DNA of 64,000 nt from contig OX597833.1 of the NCBI GenBank assembly GCA_951406725.2, positions 55,862,001-55,926,000 on the forward strand. The letters are read 5' to 3'. Made by a program: the position numbers and the translations under genes. This document shows positions 55,103 to 64,000 of the stretch, piece by piece. Position 1 is the stretch's first letter. Every line of letters starts with the position of its first letter. The stretch is from Octopus vulgaris. Taxonomy: Eukaryota. Below the pieces are notes generated by a model that was not told the origin of the DNA, searched no databases, and saw only the letters and a list, made by a program, of their open reading frames with translations.

Positions 55103-55429
55103 TTTTCTGAATGAGAAATTGTATGATTGATGTTTGTGTGTATGAGGAATGAAGATGCGTGGTTTAATGGTTAGGATATTCGGCTCGTGGTCGCGAGTTC
55201 GATTTCCAATCATGTCAGATTGGTAATTATGTCAGATTTCCAATCATATCAGATTGAGCATATAACAGAACTCAACTGATAAAAAAAACAAAAAAACAAT
55301 GTTCGTTTATATGCATGCTTCTGAGTTGGTCATGTTTATATATCATGTTTATATATCATGTTTATATATCTATATATACAACAGAAACGGTAGCACACCA
55401 TGGACATCCATTTAAAAAACGATAAACGT

Positions 55430-55960
55430 CGCCCTTTTCAAGCCTAGCTAGGTTCATGGGCTCGATTTCCCGGTTTCTGTGGCGTATGTGCCCCCCCCCC
55501 CACTCCCAGCTGGACGGGAGGCCAGTCCATCGCAGCGTTACACAAGAAACAGGAAGAGAGAGTGAGAGAAAGTTGTGGCGAAAGAGTGCAACAGGGCTCA
55601 CCACCAACCTCTGCCGGAGCCTCGTGGAGCTTTTAGGTGTTTTCGCTCAATGAACACACACAACGCCCGGTCTGGGAATCGAAACCGCGATCCTCCGACC
55701 GCGAGTCCGCTGCCCTAACCTATTTCTATTTCTTTACTACCCACAAGGGGCTAAACACAGAGGGGACAAACAAGGACAGACCATCGGATTAAGTCGATTA
55801 TATCGACCCCAGTGCGTAACTGGTACTTATTTAATCGACCCCGAAAGGATGAAAGGCAAAGTCGACCACGGCGGAATTTGAACTCAGAACGTAGCGGCAG
55901 ACGAAATACGGCTAACGATTCTGCCAGCTCGCCCTAACCACTGGGCTATTGCGCCTCCAC
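55430..55960 (-). mobile_element. SINE family C interrupted by a family B insertion (55721-55930)
   Basis: GCCCTAACC duplicated at 55712-55720 and 55931-55939. Confidence 0.85.
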
Positions 55961-57113
55961 ATAGACAACCATTTACCCTTCTAATTTCGGATCTCATATT
56001 GCTTCCTCTGTTTACGTCATATTGCTTCCTCTGTGACGTCGTAACACCGCAAAATCTTTAGTTAGGTCAACTTAAGTCAATATTTAGGTAAATAGGGATC
56101 ACAATAGTTTCATCTCTTCCTTTTATGGCGAGTTGGTTGGTTTCTTTGTTTTTATCTTCCCAACCTGATTGTGACATTCGATCAGGGAAAGTTATGAATT
56201 CTTGTCTTCTTTCATTTATTAATTTCAAAGGTTTTGTTGAATATTAAGAATTTCATGCCCCAGCATGGCCACAGCTCATGAGCTGAAACTAGAATCAATC
56301 AATCAATCAATTTGAAGTGAAATGCCTTGAAATGCTTTATACCACAGATAGTGAAATGTTACCGTCGCCTTTTATTTTAAGATATATCAACATTAAATTA
56401 ATTGACAATTTTGTACGTATATATGCGAATGTGTTTGGTTTTACTCTACTTTGTTTGTTTGTGTTTTTGGTATGAGGTGCAGAGGATTTTTTTTTGATTT
56501 TTTTTTTTTAAGGTTACTTTTGGGATCTTTTCGCTTTGACCGGCAGATTTTTAAAGTAATTTCTTTTAAATTTCGCATACTGGTAGAATGTGTTTATAAA
56601 AACATCTTTTTCTCTTGGCTTTCTTGAGAAAATTCTGTAGTTTGTAAGATATTTGTTCTTTAATTTCTTGCATTTCGGCAATTTCAACCAATCAATGACG
56701 TCTATTGAGGTGAATTCAATTTCTGCCGTAAACCTTAATATTCCTGCAACAACGTGTCCCCAAGAAACAAGATTATCGCCACAGAAATATAGTATCACAG
56801 AATAGAACTTTAGAAACATCTTACATATTTATACTTTTCCGTTTACAAAGTGAATTTTCAGAATTCACATTGAGATTTCTTTTTTCTTTTCCCTGTCGAA
56901 GAATCTCAATTGTCAATATAAGTGTGTGTATAAAAGTGTGTGTGGATGAGATCAGAAAGTAAATATTTGGTCGCGTTTATCTGTGTCTGTATGCATGAAC
57001 GCTTGTGAATTTATACCAGTGAAAACTGTTACTAAGACACTGTTTTTCCAAAAGGCTGAAAAATGCAAATCTGCTTTCTAATTCCAACTATATCAATTTT
57101 CGTTCATTTATCA

Positions 57114-57483
57114 TCTCTCTATATATAAACGGCAGTTTGTCTGTGTGTGTTTCTGTGTGTCTGTTAGGTTGTACCCTCACCCTGACCACGGCTTTCAACC
57201 GATTCTGATGAAACTTGACACACACATAGCCCAATGTCATAATTCAAAACTAACGCAGCGAAAATTTTGAAAAGTTCCCCCAGTTCTGAAAAACATCGAT
57301 AAATTCGACATGGGGTCGAGAATCAGAAACACAAACCACATACTGTCTAGGGGACGCAACTCGACCTTTTTAACTAAAAAAAATTTACCATAATTTTTTT
57401 TCCATTTTTTGGCTATAACTCTCTAAAAATGCTTTATAGTTATTTCCCTTACAAACCCGAGCAACGCCGGGCGATACTGCTAG
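57114..57483 (+). mobile_element. Non-autonomous Helitron
   Basis: A|TC 5' end, hairpin CCCGAGCAACGCCGGG, CTAG|T 3' end. Confidence 0.85.
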
Positions 57484-57649
57484 TTTCTAATAAATCTGGA
57501 AAGACGTGAACATAACAGTCCTTATTTCTATATCTCTTAGAAATCTTTCAGTTTGTGTCTACCCAGTAAAGAAAACAAACAAAATGGCTAGATTCGACAC
57601 TCTGGTATAAACGTAGAAGGAAACATCCAGAAACGAATATCTCTCTTTC

Positions 57650-57848
57650 TCTTTTTTACTCTTTTACTTGTTTCAGTCATTTGACTGCGGCCATGCTGGA
57701 GCACCGCCTTTAATCGAGCAACTCGACCCCGGGACTTATTCTTTTTGTAAGCCCAGTACTTATTCTATCGGTCTCTTTTTGCCGAACCGCTAAGTTACGG
57801 GGACGTAAACACACCAGCATCGGTTGTCAAGCAATGCTAGGGGGACAA

Positions 57849-57947
<99 letters not shown>

Positions 57948-58112
57948 TACGACGGGCTTCTTTCAGTTTCTGTCTACCAAATCCACTCACAAGGCTTTGG
58001 TCGGCTCGAGGCTATAGTAGAAGACACTTGCCCACGGTGCCACGCAGTGGGACTGAACCCAGAACCGTGTGGTTGGTAAACAAGCTACTTACCACACAGC
58101 CACTCCTGCGCC
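57650..58112 (-). mobile_element. Full-length SINE family A
   Basis: Family match. Confidence 0.9.
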
Positions 58113-58599
58113 ATGTACGGCTTTTTGACAATTTTTTTCGCTTCTGTGTTTCCGTGTTACATCAGTAAACAAGAAAAGTAACTCCGAACGTTTCACTTTT
58201 ATTTGGAGGTCAAGCGAAACAAAATAGTCTCGCTAGATGCCTTATTTATTCCTTTAAACAATTCTATTTTTATTTGCTAACCAGTTGTTGTTGTTGCTGG
58301 TGTTGTTTAGACTCTGGGTCATCACCAGTGGCAGCCTGGTAGAGTCCTTACAGCATCGAATAGAATGTCTTGCGGTATTTGATCCGGCTCCCTGTGCCCT
58401 GAGATCAAATCCTACCCGAGGTCAAATTTGTCTCTTATCCTTTCGAAGTTGAGAGGAATTGTTTTAAAAGGGGACTGGTGGGATACGTTGCGGTATCTGA
58501 TCCGGCTGTGGGCGTTCTAAGTTCAAACCCTGCCACATGTCACCAGAAAAACGGGTCTTTGGGTACGCGTAAGATAAAAAAAAATTTGATAAGGATTAA

Positions 58600-59293
58600 G
58601 AACCCTTAAACAAGTGCCCAAGTATTTTCACCGTACCGTTCTCAAATGACTGCACAACAGCCCTGTGTCATCATCATAAGACATAAACACACTGGGAAGT
58701 TACCCGGTTCTTCACGGATCTAAAGATACGCTTCTGATCTATGTATGTTGTGGCTTGATGTCAATACATTCTTTAGAACCTACTGCATTGATTTGTCCGG
58801 GAGCCAATAATGCTGTTAAAACAGCCCTACGAAGCTACCTTAAGTGAATATAAAGGAGCTTTCGAGTCTTGCCTAATACTTTCCTTTCTTTCATTATATA
58901 AATCAATTCCGATAGACCTATGATCAAAGGCTTTCCAGTCGTGATCATACTGCCTGTTATTTAATTATCTGTTGTCTTACCTTTACTTTTTAGGGTCATG
59001 GAGTGTGATAGGGAGATTTTTATTTCATAAAGGTCGAACAACCAAATAATGGCTTCTTCGTTGATCTGTGTACAGTACTATACACTAAAATAGCTGATGA
59101 GGTCATAAATAATAATATCGAATCATGTCTGGAGTTGTCTCCTACACATACTAAAATAATCGACAAAAATATTGGTCACTGACTAATACGTGTACGCGCG
59201 TGTGTGTATGTGTGTGTGTGTGTGTGTGCATGTGTGTGTGTGCGTGCGTACATGCATGCATATCTGTGTATGTGTGTGTGCGTGCGTGCGTGC

Positions 59294-59326
<33 letters not shown>

Positions 59327-59400
59327 CGTGTGTGTTTGTGCATGCTTGTGTACGTGCGTGCGTGCGTACGTGCGTGTGTGCGTCTGCGTTTGTGTGTGCG

Positions 59401-59432
<32 letters not shown>

Positions 59433-59860
59433 GGCGTGCTTGTTTGTGCGTGTGTGCGTGTTTGTGTGTGTGCGTGCGTACATCCATGTTTGAGTGTGCG
59501 TGTGTGTGTGTGTGTGTGCGTGTGTGTGTTTGTATGTGTGTTCGCGCGTGCGTGTTTGTGTGTGTGTGCGTGAGCGCGTTGGTTATTTGGTTGATTGTGT
59601 AAAATATAACCAATGAATCGTTGAGCTGGTAATATTTATTGCTAAGTAAGCCTTTCGTTCTAAATAAAGCACAGGACATTGATGACTCTTCTCGAATCAA
59701 GGCTGTCAGAAAGGAATCCGGGCTTGTCGCTTTCTTTCGGATTTTGTTACACCATGTAAGGCCATCCTGTCTCGGGTCTTGCTGGTTTTCAATTGTCAAT
59801 GTGTAACTTTGCTTTCGTTTCCTGGGTAAGCTTGTTCGTGCTATGCAAACCCATTTTTAT
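58600..59860 (-). pseudogene. Fragmented Merlin-like DDE transposase
   Basis: In order on -: QDGLTWCNKIRKKATSPDSF (~DGYxWRC..RKxxSIRxxSFF), [11 protein letters not shown] (~TxVDWxxFCRE), STV/QINE (~VEIDES), ENTWA (~IExxW); disrupted by stops, frameshifts and a (TG)n tract. Confidence 0.5.
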
Positions 59861-60991
59861 CTCTAGGAAAAGGTGGTCCGTATTAGTCTTGCCTCGATCG
59901 TTTGACCTGTTCAGAGTATATAAGGCCGTACAAGGGCATAGCTCTGCTGGCATAGCTCTCCGTGTCATTGTGGCACACAAGCCATCACACCGCAATAAGG
60001 GCTGGACCTTGTGGTGATGGTGAAGTGGTGGTAGTCAGCAGTAAAACTATTAAGTATACGACAGCCGGTAAAGCTAATTAATTCCAATGTCCGGTTGCTT
60101 TTCTTGTTTAGTCTGAAGTCATCAAAGTTCAAAGCCGCTTTATCAGTTACCATCCTGTATTTTGAACTAAATTGTCCAACATGTCCTTTTTCTAAGACGT
60201 TAGGGTTCGTATTTAGGAATATTCCGTTGTTGTATAAATCAAGACGTAAGACTACGGAGAGACTCACTCGCTGGTTTATCAAGTGTTACTTTTCATGCAA
60301 TAGTGAAGGTCCTGCTTATGTAAGAGTGTTCGTATTTATGTCTGTGACAGTATGTATAAGACATGTTTTTTATGTCCACCTATCTTTCTAATTAAAGTGA
60401 CAAAGAAAGGGACAAAATAACGATAATCTTTTATTCATACGAACGTAACTGATATGAAATATGTCATAAATAACAGGGACATTTTCATATGACACCGCCA
60501 GAAAATGTTTACGGCAGAAATCGTTTTCACCTCAATAGACGTCATTGATTGGTTGAAATTGCCGAAATACAAGAAATAAACAACAAATATCTTAAAAACT
60601 ACAGAATTTTCTCAAGAAAGCCAAGAGAAAAATATGTCTTATAAACACATTCTACCAGTATACGAAGATTAAAAGTGTTTAGTTACAAATAAATTATTTC
60701 TATGTATTGCGGATGGAGACCGTGGCTTAATCACCAACCTGAGTTGTAACATGTTCAACTGTGTGCTCTAGGTACTGTAATTCTAAATACTTTAATTCAC
60801 TCAATTCACCTAGATACTGGGGTCGGGGTCCTGAGGGAGGTATCAAACATGTAATGGCAACGTTACTACAAAACCCCCGTCTGAACGTTACTGAATTGAA
60901 GTCAACGCCTAGTTCTAAAGCTAGCTCAAAACTTGGAGATAGAACTGCGGCTGAAGATTTAGTCTTGGATTTTTAATTTTTCTGAACAATA

Positions 60992-61160
60992 GGCGCAGGA
61001 GTGGCTGTGTAGTAAGTAGCTTGCTAACCAACCACATGGTTCCGGGTTCAGTCCCACTGCGTGGCATCTTGGGCAAGTGTCTTCTGCTATAGCTCCGAGC
61101 CGACCAAAGCCTTGTGAGTGGATTTGGTAGACGGAAACTGAAAGAAGCCCGTCGTATATA

Positions 61161-61216
<56 letters not shown>

Positions 61217-61350
61217 TGTGTGTGTTTGTGTGTCTGTATTTGTCCCCCTAGCATTGCTTGACAACCGATGCTGGTGTGTTTACGTCCCAGTCACTTAGCG
61301 GTGCTCCAGCATGGCCGCAGTCAAATGACTGAAACAAGTAAAAGAAAAAA
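60992..61350 (+). mobile_element. SINE family A with a microhomology-bounded internal deletion
   Basis: ACTTAGCGGTGCTCCAGC joins two GCGGT sites that are far apart in intact copies. Confidence 0.88.
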
Positions 61351-61789
61351 AATTGTTTGTGTGTGTGTGTGTGTGTGTGTGTGCATACACACTCACAAAT
61401 ATATCGTACAAACAACACGCACACGCATATTACTGTTTATTTGTAGGAAACTATTTGACATTAAACTGAAGAATTAGCGAATACATTTTAGTAGCGTACA
61501 TATTTATTTAATCTTTTACAAGAAGAATGGTGACAGTGACTTCTAAGTTTCGGCTTGGTAGCAACAAGAACAACAAATACAAAGTTTTTCATCCTTGTTA
61601 TAGAATAGATACAAGCATTAAGAATATGGAAGTCTAATCAGCAATTAGTGGTTTTCACTTGAAGATCACAAATCATTTTAAAAAAGCATGTTTTTAATGA
61701 AATTTCACTCAGTAATCGCTAGACGTTTGGGTTCAAATCTTAAAAACAGATAAATAATAAAGTGAAAACGCGCAAGCAAGGTTTTAGCC

Positions 61790-62130
61790 ACGACCAATCA
61801 ATCAATTTTTATTGGCTCAAAAAGCAAAAGCAAGGCCATAAAGGGGACAGGGAGGATGGTCATACAAAGAGTTCAGGCCATTTCCGGTCAAGAAAGACTT
61901 TGAACCGAGCGGTCGTCGGCATCTTCACTATCTCATCCGGCAGTTTATTCCACGGAATCCGCAACCCGGACGGAGAAAGCCCCTCTCCATCGATTAAGAT
62001 GAAACCGTCGTAGATAGAGCTTTTCGGAGTAACCCCGCAGCCCACGCTCTGAAAGCAGGAGTGAAGAATAGCTCTTTCGAGAGGTTACACTTTCCGCTTA
62101 TGATGTTGTGAGCGAGAATGAGATCAAGCT
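61790..62130 (-). mobile_element. 3' end of a CR1/L2-type LINE ORF2 plus UTR
   Basis: ...PWNKLPDEIVKMPTTARFKVFLDRKW matches the WNxLPxxVV...FKxxLD C-terminal motif; upstream DLILAHNII. Confidence 0.75.
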
Positions 62131-62507
62131 GAACAAGTAACTAGCCCCGGTCAAGCTATAGGGAACAAAAAAGGAATAGTTCGTTTTCAGAAAGAAGAAA
62201 ACAGCTGACTAGAAACAAGCTAAACGAAAATTCAAGGAAACCCTAAAAAAAATATCTTCTGGATTTCTTTCTGATCTTTTTCTGAGATCGTGAGGGATTT
62301 TTTTCTTCTTACTAACAATGGAGCATAGTTTTTAAGCGGCGTATAGATTTTAAAAACAACCCTTGTAGATATTACTAACACTACGGGCGGTTTTGAATTC
62401 AAAAGCGCAAGAGATGAATCTGATTGTAGCGAATGTATTTAATTCGTGTGTGGCTTAGATCTAGTCTCAACTGTCTTTGTGTGTGTGCGTGTGTGTGTGT
62501 GCGTGTG

Positions 62508-62549
<42 letters not shown>

Positions 62550-62727
62550 CATACAAACACACATATACACAGACAGACTGACAGATAGACAGACAGATAG
62601 ACAGACAGACAGACAGACAGATTGACAGACAGACAGACAGACAGACAGGCAGATAGATAGATAGATAGATAGATGATGGATGGATGGATGGATGGATGGA
62701 TGGATGGATGGATGATGAGATAGATAG

Positions 62728-62797
<70 letters not shown>

Positions 62798-62818
62798 CAG
62801 ATAGATAGATAGACAGGC

Positions 62819-62904
<86 letters not shown>

Positions 62905-63135
62905 CCTTTTCACTAGATACACAACGAATTTTACTGTGAAGAAAAACATTGAAGTATTTCGATTAAACTTACTAGCAATTTGCTTCACTGACAAATGTCC
63001 GTCAGGGTTAATCTAAAAGTAAAGAGGCGAGTGTTGCAATGCATCTGCTGTTTAAGGGAAATGACATTGGCACTATGATACTGAGCATCATCAGAACCGA
63101 CAAAAAAGCTTCAGAAAGAAAATAAGAGAAGAAAA

Positions 63136-63181
<46 letters not shown>

Positions 63182-63291
63182 CTTTTACCTTTTACACACA
63201 CACACACACACACACACATTATTAGTTAAATATATATATTTAACTAATAAAAGTTAAGCAGAAAACAAGTTTTGATATTCAATGCTCTATA

Positions 63292-63381
63292 GGCCATACA
63301 CGCGTTTCGCCAACTTGCCGTCATAATTACATATCAGTTGTAGACACAATATGCAATCATGCACACAGCTCATCAGTGTCC
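63292..63381 (-). ncRNA. Type I hammerhead ribozyme motif with a long stem II
   Basis: ggaca-CTGATGA-gctg..CATGATTGCATAT..ATATGTAATTATG..tggc-GAAA-CGCGT-GTA-tggcc; GUA triplet. Confidence 0.7.
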
Positions 63382-63760
63382 CGCAGCCTATTTCGATGTT
63401 GATTCCCGCGTCGCACTACACTAGATACTAGAGTGAAGTGTGGAACCCACTATTGAGCCCAATCTTTACACACACACACACAGGTACGATTAGATGCACA
63501 AGACACTTTACCGATTGTCTTTTGCTCCACGATTTCCCTATAAGTTTCACCTACTGGTTACAGTGTTTGTTTGACATTACGTGTTACCAAACGTTGAACC
63601 GAATACTAAAAGATATGTAACATTTGGAATAAAGGATTACCAAGTTATATATATATATATAAGAGGAAGAAAAGTTATGAGAAAAGGAAGAAAGTGGAGA
63701 AATTGATTTACAGACATCAGTTTAATGAAAGATATTCAAATCTATATAATGAATTTCCTG

Positions 63761-63867
63761 TCCTACGGCCGTTTCCATATCCAATTAGTTTAATTACAGA
63801 AATTAAATTGATTTAATCCAATTAAAATTCTCGTATTGAACTGGTTAATTGGGTATTTCATCAGGGA
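63761..63867 (-). ncRNA. Type I hammerhead ribozyme motif with a long stem II and palindromic stem III
   Basis: tcc-CTGATGA-aatacCCAATTA...TAATTGGatatg-GAAA-CGGCC-GTA-gga; ACGGCCGT palindrome. Confidence 0.7.
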
Positions 63868-64000
63868 AGAATTTTCCAAAAGGTAGTTACATTTCATCGT
63901 GTTGCTTGACCTACGACAGACTCAGATGTGTGCGTTTTAGTTTTCACTGAACACAAGTATAAACTAGAGGACTAGGATGCTAGCATCCCTTAAGGGATTG

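Larger units (their letters stand above)
56523..60700 (-). mobile_element. Decayed ~4.2-kb Merlin (IS1595-like) DNA transposon with nested insertions
   Basis: Inverted arms 56523-56733 and ~60507-60700 match the 11273-11927 MITE termini; internal minus-strand transposase-like fragments. Confidence 0.6.

Overview
AT-rich, microsatellite-saturated metazoan DNA. The SINE families and repeat landscape point to an octopus (coleoid cephalopod) genome. Almost every ORF in the supplied track is a translation of a simple repeat or SINE. Genuine coding signal is sparse. (i) The first coding exon of a transgelin/myophilin/calponin-family gene lies on + (25743-25793, MALRLGPKGMDRAIQSK|gtaagc); I found no second exon in the remaining 38 kb. 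(ii) A phase-consistent 3-4 exon gene on - (36737-40039, possibly from 40359) encodes a thioredoxin-fold-like protein and is apparently nested in that intron. Mobile DNA includes at least four modular tRNA-derived SINE types, two non-autonomous Helitrons, mariner- and pogo-type MITEs, LINE remnants, and a 655-bp fold-back element with an 8-bp TSD and internal TTAGGG repeats. A decayed ~4.2-kb Merlin-like transposon shares that element's termini. Most notable are several type I hammerhead ribozyme motifs (10961-11018, 5603-5673, 14896-14930, 63292-63381, 63761-63867, plus degenerate copies) in short non-coding elements. Two of them sit between long inverted arms, suggesting a Penelope-derived or retrozyme-like family of ribozyme-bearing fold-back elements. 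All family assignments are by eye, without database searches.
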